Positions 47,521 to 60,350 of a DNA stretch of 64,000 bases are shown here, one piece after another. The DNA is from Okamejei kenojei (Eukaryota). Location of the stretch: assembly GCA_035221665.1 (NCBI GenBank), contig CM069134.1:83762001-83826000 (forward strand), given 5' to 3'. The notes below the pieces were generated by a model. The model ran no database searches, was not told where the DNA came from, and saw only the letters and a program-made list of their open reading frames with translations. Position 1 is the first letter of the stretch. Each line of letters opens with the position of its first letter. The position numbers and the translations under genes are program-made.

Positions 47521-50500
47521 GAGTCAAGTCAAGTTTATTTGTCACATACAAGATGTGCAGTGAAATGAAAGTGGTAATGCTTGCGGATTGGGCAAAAAAT
47601 TACAGAACAGAATAGAACAGAATCAGTATTTAAACATTAGGAAAAAAAACAGCAATTTGAAAAAGATACGACACAACAGTAAATTGGTACAGTAAATTAG
47701 TCCCTGGTGAGATAAGAGTTTACGGTCCTAATGGCTGTGGGAAGAAACTCCGTCTCATACCATATATATTAATGATTTGGAAGAGGGAATTAGGAGCAAC
47801 ACTAGCAAGTTTGCGGATGACACAAAGCTGGGTGGCAGTGTGAACTGTGAAGAGGATGTTAGGAGGTTGCAGGGTGACCTGGAAAGGTTGAGTGAGTGGG
47901 CAGATGCGTGGCAGATGCAGTATAATATAGATAAATAATATATTATAGATAAATAGATAGATATTATATAGATAAATGTGAGGTTATCCACTTTGGCGAC
48001 AAAAACAAGGGGCAGATTATTATCTCAATGGGGTTAGGTTAGGTAAGGGGGAGGTGCAGGGAGACCTGGGCATCCTTGTACACCAGTCACTGAAAGTTGC
48101 CATGCAGGTACACCAGGCAGTGAAGGAAGATAATGGAATGTCTTCATAACAAGAGGATTTCAGTACAGGAGTAAAGAGGTTCTTCTGCAGTTGTATAGGG
48201 CTCTGGTGAGACCACATCTGGAGTATTGTGTACTGTTTTGCTCTCCTAATTTGAGGGAGGACATCCTTGTGATTGAGGCAGTGCAGCGTAGGGTCACTAG
48301 ATTGATCCCTGGAATGGCGGAACTGTCATATGAGGAAAGATTGAAAAGACTAGGCTTGTATTCACTGGAGTATAGAAGGATGACGGGGGATCTTATAGAA
48401 ACGTATAAAAGGACTGGACAAGCTAGATGCTGGAAAATTGTGCCCAATGTTGGGTGACTCCAGAACCAGGGGCCACAGTCTTAGAATAAGACTGAGGTGA
48501 GAAAAAACTTTTACACCCAGAGAGTTGTGAATTTGTGGAATTCCCTGCCACAGAGGGAAGTGGAGGCCAAGTCACTGGATGGATTTAAGAGAGAGTTAGA
48601 TAGAGCTCGAAGCGCTAGTGGAATCAAGGGATATGTAGAGAAGGCAGGCACAGGTTATTGATTGGGGACGATCAGCCATGATCACAATGAATAGCGGTGC
48701 TGGCTCGAAGGGCTGAATGGCCTTCTGCACCTATTTTCTATGTTTCTATCCTCTCTGTTTACACAGCATGACAGCGGAGGCATTTGCCTGACTGTAGCAG
48801 CTGGAACAGTCCATTGCTGGGGTGGCCGGGGTCCCCCATAATGTTGCTGGCTCTGGATCTGCACCATCTAATGTATAGTTCCTGCAGGGGGGTTCCCATA
48901 GTGCGTTCGGCCGAATACACTACTCTCTGCAGAACCTTCTTGTCCTGGGCAGACCAGTTCCCAAACCAGATTGTGATGTTGCCGGACAAGATGCTTTCTA
49001 CAGCCCCTGAGTAGAAGCACTGAAGGATCCTCGGAGAGACTCTGTATTTCCTCAGCTGCCTGAGGTGGGATAAGCGCTGCCTTGCCTTTCTCACCAGTGT
49101 GGCAGCGTGTGATGTCCAAGTCAGATCCTCTGTGATGTGGACTCTCAGGTATTTAAAGCAGCTCACCGTCCACAGTAGTCTAATTTATCTCCAGTGGCGT
49201 ATACATCCTCGGATGTTGTGCCCTTCTAAAGTCCACAATCAGCTCCTTAGTTTTTATGACATTCAAGAGGAGGCTGTTGTCCTGACACCAGAGTGCCAGA
49301 TCAGCCACCTCCTCCTGGTAGGCCTTCTCATCGTTATCGGAGATCAGGCCCACCACCACAGTGTCATCAGTAAACTTGATTCTAGAATTGGAGCTGAACC
49401 TGCCCACACAGTCATGTGTGCACAGGGAGTACAGTAGGGGGCTGAGGACACAACCCTGGGGCAATCCTGTGTTCAGGGTGAGGGTGTTCGATGTATTTCT
49501 TCCCATCTTGACTACCTGGGGCCTGGCGGTGAGAAAGTCCAGGACCCAGGCACACAGGGGAGTTAAGCCCCAGTTCCAGCAGCTTCTCAGCAGTCTGGTG
49601 GGGACTATCGTATTGAAGGCTGAGCTGAAGTCAATGAACAGCATTCCTCACATAGCCCCCCTTCTGGCTGTCAAGGTGAGAGAGAGCAGTGTGCAGAATC
49701 TGGGAGCGCATCGGCCGTGGATCTGTTCGGACTGTAATGGGTCCATGTTGCGAGGGAGGAAGGCGCAGATGTGGTTCTTGACCAGCCTCTCGAAGCATTT
49801 TATGACTACCGAGGTGAAGGGCCACCGGTCGGTATTCATTCAAACAAGCTGGAGAGGCATTCTTTGGTACAATGATAGATCTTTTGAAGCAGGCAGGGAC
49901 CACGGACTTGGCCAGGGAGAGGTTGAATATTGTGGTGAGCACTGGAGCAAGCTGAGTAGCACAAGACTTAAGTACTCGCCCAGATATTCCATCTGGGCCT
50001 ACAGCTTTCCTCGTGTTCACACGTGTTAGAGCCCTCCTCACGTCATGTTCTGACAACGAGAATGTGTGCACATCCCCAGCGATGGACCTCCCTTCAGCTT
50101 CGATAGCCAGCACGCTGGCAGTGTTGTCTTAGTCGGCAGACCTGGGGTGATGTTGCCCGTTTCAAATCGTGCGTAGAAGGAGTTCAGGTGATCAGCTAGG
50201 GAGGTGCCGGCACTTCTGGTTGAGGGGGGGGGGGGGGGCTGCTCTGGTAGTTGGTTATAGTCCGTAGCCCCTGCCATAGGCGTCTGGTGTCCTGCTGCTC
50301 CATCTGCGACTCCATCTTGTCCCTGTACCTTTTTGTGTCCTTCACCGCCCTTCACAGCCGGTAGGACTCTACCTTGTAGACATCCATATTTCTGGATGCC
50401 AGGCCCGAGTTGTAGGCAGCAGTGCGAGCATTCAGGGCAACACGAACGGACCTCTCCACCCAAGGTTTTTCATTAGGAAAGATGCCAACCCTTACCGTGG

Positions 50501-51663
50501 GGACGATGTTATCGGCTATTGTTGCAATGAAGTCCGCGACCGCTTCCGCAAACTCACTGACGTCACTGGAACTTGCTTGGAACATATTCCAGTCGACATC
50601 TGTCAGTGCATCCTGTAGCATGGCCTCTGACTGGTCAGACCACCGCTTTACGACCCTCGTCTCTACCGCTTCCCGAACTATCCGTTGTTTATACTCCGGC
50701 AGCAGGAAAATGGCAGCGTGGTCAGATTTTCCAAAAAGGAGGGAGTGAAACGGCCTTGTAGCCTTTCCTGAACGGCGTGTAGCAGTGGTCCAAAGTTCTT
50801 TCCCCCCTGGTGGCACACGTGATGTGTTGGCAGAGGTTAGGCATGACCTTTTTGAGATTTGATTTATTTAAATCTCCAGCCACCACCATAGCCGCATCCG
50901 GGTTCTTGTTTTGGTGTCGACGTAGCTCATCGTGTAGGGCTGATAGTGCCACGTAGGTGTCCGCATGCGGTGGAATGTAGACGGCTGCGATGATCACTGA
51001 GCTGAACTCACGGGGAAGGTAGAATGGATGGCATGAGATCGTCAGGTGCTCCAGGTCCAGCGAGCAGGAACGAGAAAGCGTCTTAATATTTCCAGGGTTG
51101 CACCAGTTATTGTTGGTCATGAAGCAGACTCCTCCACCCTTGGATTTCCCAGATTCCTCTGTTCTGTCAGCACGGTAAACAGTGAAGGCATCGGTTGGGT
51201 AGATTACCTGATCTGGCACCAGCGAGGTCAGCCATGTCTCGGTCAGACAGAGGATGTTGCAGTCTCTTATGACCCGCTGGAATCTGATCCTCGCCCTGAG
51301 GTCATCCAGCCTGTTCTCCAGGGACTGGACGTTCGCCAGATGAATGCTGGGCAGAGGTGGACGGAAGGCTTGGGCTCTCTGCCTATTCCGAATCCCCCGC
51401 CCCGCCTACCCCGATGTTTTCTCAAAGCCGCGCTCCCATCGTTGTTGCCGCGGCGCGCTCTGTTGCTCTCTGCCGGCCACGCTGGATCGGTGAGTACAGT
51501 GTTTAAAAAGTCTCCGGTTAGGTTAAAGTTTAGTTTTACGAGAGTTTCCTGGTCGTACGTTGTTAGTGCTTAGAAATAAATTTAAAATGAACATAGAATT
51601 AAAAATCCGCACAGTCTCCGTGGAGCTACCACGACGGCGACTGGACCCGGCCACGCCATCTTG
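47521..51663 (-). mobile_element. near full-length Rex1/Babar LINE (APE endonuclease plus RT), frameshifted and split by CR1
   Basis: 5' end CAAGATGGCG at 51663; APE motifs RADRT..GGGVC, AVYIPP, VAGDLN, TLDHCY, SDH; RT motifs [30 protein letters not shown]; 3' UTR and (CTTGA)n tail at 47521-47758. Confidence 0.92.
47759..48749 (+). mobile_element. CR1 LINE 3' fragment nested in the Rex1 element
   Basis: [25 protein letters not shown] with the CR1 3' UTR and tail; Rex1 sequence resumes on both sides. Confidence 0.92.
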
Positions 51664-52534
51664 AGATGTTAAGTATGCATGTTCTCCTTGTCATTGCATT
51701 GGCGTTCCCCCAGTGCTCTGGTTTCCACCTATATCCCAAAGATGTGTGGGTCAGTTGAATTATTTGGCCATTGTAAATTGTTCTGAGCGATTGATTTAGA
51801 GCAATTGATGGGAATGTGGGGGGAATTAAATTGAATTCATGCAGGAGTAGTATAAACGGATGCTTCATGGTCGACATGGATTCTTTGGTCTTCTCAGACT
51901 TTGCCACTCTGTTTATGAATGAAATTGCATATTAAACGGTGAAAGAAAGCCAGTTAATGCAGTGAGATGCATGCCGCAGAGGCATTGAATCTATTCTACA
52001 AAGGGCATCGTATCTTAATGGAATCTGGTCATATTGGGGTTGAGCTGTTGGAAGTGTTTTCTTGCTCAGTTGTGTGATGTGTATTTTGTGAACACACAAA
52101 GGCTCTGTAATGGAATGCCTAACCTTCATCTGTACAGTGCTTGGTTGAAGCAATAAAGTTTGATTTCTGTGATAAATTGATCTGCAAATGTTTATCTGTT
52201 CTGTTAAGACTTGCATCTGATATTTTCTCTCCACTTTCTTTAAAGCTTCAGGTTTGGGATTGGCTGAATCAATGGTGTTGCAAGGTGACTGAAAGCCCTG
52301 CCATTCTTTAACCCTATCCCAGATCTGTCTGATCTTGGCAAGCAAATACTGGTAAGGTCACAATGGACTGTTAACACCAGCAATAGATATAGATAGGTGT
52401 GCACAAACACACACATTCTAATGACCAATATGTAGTTAAATACAGACAACATGTTAAACATTGAGACCAGAGATTTTTAAGATCATTTGATAGTTTAATG
52501 GTCATCATTACAAATATTAGCATTTTATTTCATT

Positions 52535-53885
52535 AGAGTCGTACTACACAGAACAGACCCTTCTGCACAACTCATCCGTGTCAACCAAAAAGTCCCATCT
52601 AAGTTAGTCCCATTGGCCCACATTTGGCCCACGTCCCTCTAAACCTTTTCTGTCAATGTCCAAATATCTTTTAACTGTTGTCATTTAACCTATCTCAACT
52701 ACTTTCCTGTTCATATACCCAGCACTCTCTGTGTGGAAAAAGCTGCCTCGGTTTCCTATTAAATCTTTCCCTCTCACCTTAAACCTATGGCCTCTAGTTC
52801 TTGATCCCCCTACACTGGGAAAAAGTTTTACACTCGCCCTATATATTTCCCTCATGTTCTTGTACACCTCTGTAAGATCACCCTTCAACCTCGTGCTCCA
52901 AGAACTAAAGTTGAAGCTTGCTCAACCTCTTCCTATTGTCCAGACCTTCAAATCCTGGCAATATCCTCATAAATCTTCTCTGCCCTCTTTCTAGCTTAAT
53001 GGCTTTTTTCCCCATATGAGGTGACCAAGACTGCACATAATACTCCATGTGCGGCCTCGCAAGTGCCATTTACCGCTGTAATATAATGTGCCAACTTTTA
53101 TACTCTGTTCCCTGACTGATGAAGGCCAGTGTGCTGGAAGCCACCTTCACCACTCTGTCTACCTGCGATATGACTTTAGGGAACTTTGTACTTGTAAGTC
53201 TATGGGTTTTAGGAGTACCGTTCAGTGTGAAGGTTCTGCCCTAGTTTGACTTCCCAAAATGCAACACCTCGCAAATCTGAATTAAACTCCATTTGTCATT
53301 CCTTAGCCCACTTGCTAGCTGATCATGCTTACATTCTTGATAACTGTCTTCACTGTCTAAGGTATCACCTATTTTAGTATAATCTGCAAATTCACATAGC
53401 ATGCCTTGTACATTCTCATCCTAATCATTGGTGTAGATGACTAAGAGCAGTGGGCCCAGCACTGATCACTGAGGCACATCATTAGTCACAGGCCTCCAGT
53501 CTGAAAATCACCTTTCACCACTCAATGCTTCTTACCTTGAAGCCAATTCTGTATCTCTCCTTGGATCCCACGCAATCTGACTTTCTAGTGCAGCCTACCA
53601 TGCAAAACCTTTTTTTTAAATAAGGCCTTGCTAAACTCCACTTAGACTATGACTATGACCCTGCCCTCATCCGACGCCTTGGTTAGTTCTCCAAAAACTC
53701 AATTAAGTTCTTGAGACATGATCTCCCTTGCACAAATCCATGCAGACCATCCCTGATCAACCCATGTATGTCCAAATGCGTGTGCATCTTACCCATAAAA
53801 TCCACTCCAGTAGCTTTCCTACCAGAGATATTAGTCTTGCCAGTCTATTGTTCCCAGGTTTTACTTTGCAGCCCATCTTAAATAG
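52535..53885 (-). mobile_element. older CR1 LINE fragment
   Basis: GDLTEVYK..SRTRGHRFKVRG; further degenerate RT sequence, for example the reverse complement of gtgcctcagtgatcagtgctgggccc at ~53452-53477. Confidence 0.8.
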
Positions 53886-55220
53886 CTAAGCGAGAATTAA
53901 TGTCCACAAATTCCTCTGTTTATCGTATTGTCAGATAGAGACAATTTCACAAACATTATTTGAAGAAAGCTACATGTGACAAATATTTAATATCAGTTTA
54001 ACAATGTCAGTTTGCAGCACCTTTGAGACCTGCCATTTTATATGGAAAACCAGAATATTGGGAACCTTCAGATTCAGAAATTATTTTTAGTATGAGACTG
54101 CACACCATCCTTGTTGTCAGAAGAATAATAGCCAAACTCTGACTATTTTCCCATTGGTTTTAGTGCCACCTACCTTAGACACATACATTTGTTTGTGGGG
54201 AGAACAGTGTTAATCTCACCTTGTTCCCACCTTCATTCTATTTAAACAGACACTTAAAGGAGGTACCACGTGGGAAGGTGTAATGAGATGTGTGGAGGCC
54301 AGTGTGTTGTCGAGCGGAAAGGGAGGATATCGGAACCCGAAAGACACTGAAGAGAAGGGAGGGGTAGAAGATGCCTTTGGAAAGGAATGAGTTTGAGTGG
54401 TGGAAAGGACCTGACACCCAGGATATGCCATTGTTATCACAGAGTTGAAAATGAGTGCAACTGGTTGTGAGGATTCCAGGTCTGCAATATAAGGGGTTTA
54501 GAAGAATGAAAGCAGATTTTATTGTAACATACAAATATCTTATGGGTTTGCTCATCAGTTTGAAGAAGTGTCCTGACCCGAAATATTACCTATCCATGTT
54601 TGCTAGGGATGCTGCCTGACCTCTAGCATTAGTAACCTCTGACCTCTAGTTACTCTAGCATTCTTCCTGAGGGATTGAATGGCCAACTCCTGCTCCTAGT
54701 TCTTGTGTTCTAAGGGTTGTTAACTACCAGGCAGAGTGTTCAGATGCGAAATTCAGTTCTGATTCAAGATGAGAATGACCTCATTCATAAGCTCATACCT
54801 CATAAGTGATAGGAACAGAATTAGACCATTCAGCCCATCAAGTCTAGTCTGCCATTCAATCATGGCTGATCTAGCTCTCCCTCCTAAACCCATTCTCCTG
54901 CCTTCTCCCCATAACCGCTGACACCCGTATTAATCAAGAATCTATCTCTGCTTGGAATATTGACACTGCTCAATTATGTCATCCACTCCTGAAAAGGGTG
55001 TCAATAGTGAACTAATAGTGAACATGTCAATGTGCAATCATACCTCAATGCCTAAAAAAAATGTGACAATGAAAAGGGCAGCCTGGAGAACTAGTGTCAC
55101 ATTTCTTATAATATACACTGTAAAGGTCTTTTCAGAGTTCACAAGAGCAGTTGGGATGTACTGGTGCTCTAGTATTTTTATATTGTAGAAATAAGCACCA
55201 ACTTAGTGGTATTTGCCCCT

Positions 55221-55416
55221 TGTAGAGGCACCAAACGTGGTGAACAAATGGGTTACTTTATTCAGGCATAAAAGGTCCGTTATACATGCATGTTGGTCCT
55301 CTAACATTAAACTTGTTGTTGCTGCGGTGAGGCTGTTGCCTCGTGGGCTCGAGCTGAGTCCCTGCTGAAGTGGAAGGACTCTCGCCCCTAGAGAGAAGGG
55401 AGCTGGTCACCTCAAA

Positions 55417-55451
<35 letters not shown>

Positions 55452-55790
55452 GTCCAGAGAGAGAGAGAGAGAGAGAGTCGTGAGAGAGAGAGAGAGTTTA
55501 TCCCAGGACACATGCCTGTACCCCGTGACAACTCCTCCCTGCCATTGCCCAGTCGCGTGACCGACTGCTGAGGGTTCGCATAGCTAGTGGCCCAACCACC
55601 GGGTGCCGCCACAGGACCCCCCCCCCCCCCCCCCCCCAGAACCAGAGGCAGGCCGACAAAACGTGGCAGCCTGACTCGTAAACTAACAGGCAGACCGTGA
55701 GGGCAGACGTTGAAAAGGGATGGAATGTGCGCGAGCATGGTGGCAGCTGGCTCTTGCACGAAGGTCGGGGGCATATCAAAAAATACTAGA
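55221..55790 (-). mobile_element. Gypsy-like 3' LTR (55221-55613) with polypurine tract and a short internal remnant
   Basis: The minus strand reads a poly-G tract, then TGTGGCGG...CTACA (TG..CA ends), with AATAAA at 55262-55257 and an internal (CT)n tract. Confidence 0.65.
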
Positions 55791-55859
55791 TTTCCAGGCA
55801 TACACCATATTTAAAAAATAGTGGTTGGATTAAATAAATGGAGATAATTCATTGAACTA

Positions 55860-56144
55860 TAAAGCATGGAAACAAGTCGTTATGCCCACCGAGTTCACAC
55901 CTACCATTGATCACCCCTTTACACTCTTTCAGTGTTATTCCACTTCCTCATCCACCTTCTGCACATTTGGAGCAAATTAGAGGCCGGTTGACCTACAAAC
56001 CTGCACACATTTGGGATGTGGGAGGATACCCATATAGTCATAGGGAGAATGTGCAAACTCCACACAGACAACACCCGAGGTCAGGATTGAACCCAGGTCT
56101 CTGATGCTGTGAGGCAGCAGGTCTATCAGCTGCACCACTGTGCC
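55860..56144 (-). mobile_element. tRNA-derived SINE (HE1/V-SINE-like)
   Basis: Minus-strand head GGCACAGTGGTGCAGCTG (A box), B box GGTTCAATCC at 56093-56084, central TGTGTGGAGTTTGCACATTCTCCC, CR1-like tail. Confidence 0.8.
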
Positions 56145-59100
56145 ACTCTTTGATATGTTAGTTTGTATGAATTGGTGGGGTAGAATTATATAGGAAAGAG
56201 CTAATTACATAATTATAATGATGTAATTTTCGGATAAGAATGTATCTGAGCATTGTGTATAATTTTGGTACTGTATCACAAAGAATATATTATCCTTTGG
56301 AGAAGCGTTGCACACATTTGTGAGGATATTATAGGACAACAAAGGTTGAATTGGTGTGTATATATACGCAGGTGTATATTCCTTTCAATATAGAAGTTTA
56401 AGGGTTAATTTGATACACTCTTAAATAATTTTTGAAGATCTTAAATGGAATTGACAGGCTAGATTGAGAGAGACCTACTTTGTGGGGAGGTAAATCCTGC
56501 ATGTTGTGTTTTTTATGTTGCTTTAAAACCAGAACTAGGTCATTCAGAACAAACATTACAAAACACTTTTTCTACCAGTGTAGTGCTCTCATCCACAAAA
56601 AAAAAGCTGTAGATATTGACTTTAAGATCTGGGATTGATAGAATTTTGCAAACCAAGACTAAAGCAAAATATATGATACAGTTCCACCTGGTACATGTAT
56701 CAGAAAAGTATGCGTCCATGGGAAAGTTGGCAAGTTGAACTCCAAATTGGCTCAAGTGCGTAACAGCAAAGATAAATGATGGGCAGAGGTTTAGCGACTG
56801 GAGAGCGGTGTGGTAAGGTTGCAAAGGACTTGATTTCTGATTGTTCCATTTTTGTGAGTTTTTTTTGATGAATATTTTTTATTAGTTGTAAATACATATT
56901 AATAAAAAATACTTCTTACATACATTCATAATATTATTAATATTAATATTAACATTTAAGACTTTATATTTCTATACATTAAAAAAAAAAATTTTATTAA
57001 GTAGGAAAAGATAGAGAAAAATAATATAGAAAATAAGGAAGTGAATGGAGTATTAAACAATTATCCATCGTTGGAGATATAACCATGATTTATTATACGT
57101 AATTCTTCGTCCATTCTATTATTCAGGCCTCAGTCAGGCTTTCGCACTGAGCCACTTTGACCCTGTAGATATTCAATATATGGAGACCATATCCCTCTGA
57201 AGAGATCCAACCTGTCCATTAGGAATTTTGTGAGTTATATGTATCAATGATACAGACAAACAAATGAGCTAAGATGAAGTTTTCAACAAAGCCAAACTTG
57301 GCACTGTCGTGGATAGTGAGGAAAATAATTATGGGCTGTCAGGAGCTCTCAGCCAGTTCATTGAGCACCAAAATGGCAGTCCAGGGAAGGATAAAATTTA
57401 AACTGCTGGGAAAGTTAAAAACACAAGGAAATATGTGGCAAATGATAAGATAATAAGAAGTGGAGAGGATGAGTTGAATTCACGAATGGAATCACTGAAG
57501 GTAGCATTTATTAGCCAAGGCATAGAATATAAAATCAGAGAGATCATGTTGGAATCGTGTAAATGCTTCCACAACTGAAATACTGCTTTGCAGATCAGAT
57601 CATCACAAAATATGACGGATATGTTAACTCATTAAAATAAAAAAGCTGCAGAAGAGATTCACAGGATTCAAGAATTTTATTTTTCAAAGGAGACTATGTT
57701 TTAGTGTAGAGATACAGTGCAGAAACAGGCCCTTCCACCGAGTCCACACCAACCAGCAATCTCCTCATATTAACAATATCCTACATACACTAGCGATAAT
57801 TTACACATACACCAAGTGTAAATAGAAAACATAGGTGCAGGAGTAGGCCATTCGGCCCTTCAAGCCAGCACCGCCATTCAATATGCCTGATGTTGAAGTA
57901 CGGCCCCGCTCCAGGTCTTAATGTCTCAAAGTTGGGGCCCCCGGCAGGCGTTGGCATGTCCCGCGACCGTTAAAGCCGCGCCGGGCGATGTACGGCCCCG
58001 CTCCGGGTCGTTCCAACACCGTGACATGAACGGGAGAAGTTGCGTTGTGAGAGCTCCGAAAAGTGGTCTCCCACCAGGACCCGCGAGCTCCCGATGTCAC
58101 AGTCCACTGGATCTGCGTCTGGAGCCTCTGAGCTCCGGAGTCGGGCCGCAGCAGCGAGCCACCACCGCTCCCCACACTCCGAGGCCGGCCAGCCCCACAA
58201 TGGTAAGTCCGCAGCTCCGCAGGCTCCGCGACTGGAGCCTCCCAGGGCGTTCCGGTTGGAGGCCGTTCCACAGTACTAGGCCCCAATGACAATGGAGACC
58301 CAACAGGAATGAGACATATTATTTCTGCTTCAACTAAAGTCACAAACTAAACCTATTCACCAATCAAGACATGATTTATACCACAATGACATGATTTATA
58401 CCACAATGACAAGCAGCAAAATTATAATACAGTATCTCAACACTTTTCACATGTTGCAATGAATTCAATTTCTATTATTTATTTCCACTTCCAAACAAAA
58501 ATGTGGTTGGATTATTCAGCGTAAGATCAACCTGTGTCAATATATGCTGGCCCATGGTAACATATATGCTTAACTATGCACACTACAGATTGATGCAAGC
58601 ATGTTTTCTGTGAAGGACCGAAAATTATCACTACATGGCCATAGCATGGGTCGTTATTGCTATTGGTACAGAAACACTCTCGCTTCCCACATAATTTATC
58701 CACAACAAAATATACAGGTTGCAAGGAAATTTCTAAAGGCATTTTATGATAATAGCTGTTAAAACTGACTATATCCATCTGACATTACACTAACTGACAA
58801 GAGATGGCCAAAGGACATAACTGCAGCAAATGTTCTTTTGGTAATATGTTTAAAGGTGTTAAAATGCCACATTACCGGACATTCAGATTAGAAGTATGTG
58901 TTGTGAACAGCAATGATACCCAGTTTGTACGCACCAGATTTAAGAAAAAGATTATTGATAAAAGCTGATTCCACCATTCCCACTTCAGAATTAACGTTAA
59001 AATTTTAACTGAAATATCTCCTGACCAAATTTGTGATGTATATGACTGACTGTAGAAGCAAAACCTGGATAAATCCAACGTATAGTTGTGAATGTTGCTC

Positions 59101-59489
59101 ATTAAATAACTACTGTACTGATACTCCATATTAAGAGCATTGATTTGCCGTTAAAATGAATTCTGTAATAACGTGTCAAAGGTAGCAGTGACAATCGAAC
59201 ACTGCGGTTTTAATGTTTCACGTGTTCACAATTTAATTAATCCATCTTTATCTTTATGGATTAAAACAAATAATAACATTGGGAATTAAAACACATTTGA
59301 TTGCATTCCATTATCAAACATAGTCAATGTTCGCTCTGAAGACATTTCCAGCACAATAGGGGGGGGGTAGAATCATTGCGAGATGGATAGATGGCGGGGG
59401 GGGGGGGGGGATGGTGAGAAGGCAATCAGTGCAGAATGGATGGATTGAGGCAGAGGAATTAGTACGTGTTGGTTGGAGTAGGTAAAATT

Positions 59490-60350
59490 ATGAGGGGAGA
59501 GCGCGGGGGATGTCAGTGGGGTTGAATGGGGGGGATCAGCACGGGATGGATAGGGGGGATCTGTGCAGGATGGATGGGGGGGATCAGTACATGATGAATG
59601 GGAGTAGACAAAAATGCTGGAGAAACTCAGCTGATGAGGCAGCATCTATGGAGCGAAGGAAATAGGCAACGTTTCGGGTCGAAACGCTTCTCAGACTGAT
59701 CCCCCCATTCTTCTTGAATTGGGGGGGGGGGATCAGTTCAGGATGGATGGGGGGAGAGGATCAGCGCAGGATGAATGGCGGAATCAATACAGGATGAATG
59801 GGGGAGGGGGGTCAGTACAGTGTGGATCGGAGGGTCTGTGCAGGATGAATGGGAAAGGGATCACTACAGGATGAATGGGTGGTTCACTACAAGATGGATG
59901 GGGGATCAGTGCAGGATGAATGGAGGGGATCAGTACAGGATGAATGAGGAGATCAGTACAGGATGAATGAGGGGATCAGTACAGGATGAATGGGGGGTTC
60001 AGTAAAATATGAATGGGATAATAACTACAGGATAGATGGGAGGGATTGGTGCAGAATAAATGGAGGCGGGGTCAGTACAGGATGGATCGGGAGATCAGTG
60101 CAAGATGAATGAGGGAATCAGTACAGGATGAATGGGATCAGTTAAAGTTGAATGAGGAGTTCACTATAGGATGGATGGGAGGATTGGTGCAGGATAATTG
60201 GAGGGGGGGTCAGTGCGGGATGAATGGGGGGAGCAGTGCAGGATGAATGGGAAGGGGGGGTCAGTATAGGATGAATTGGGGGACCAGTGTAGGATGGATG
60301 GGGGGGCAGCAGAATCAATGTGAGCTGGATAGGGTCATCTGTGCAGGATG
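59490..60350. repeat. G-rich minisatellite, ~22-bp unit GGGGGATCAGTACAGGATGAAT, interrupted by a Penelope tail (59605-59700)
   Basis: Many imperfect tandem copies directly visible. Confidence 0.9.

Noticed and set aside
47920-47980. AT-rich insertion in the CR1 RT
   Set aside because: Local slippage duplication of tatagataaat; no sign of function.
56060-56144. tRNA gene
   Set aside because: The A and B boxes belong to a SINE head that continues into the SINE body; no proper cloverleaf or terminator.
58368-58410. 20-bp tandem duplication gacatgatttataccacaat
   Set aside because: Ordinary short tandem duplication.
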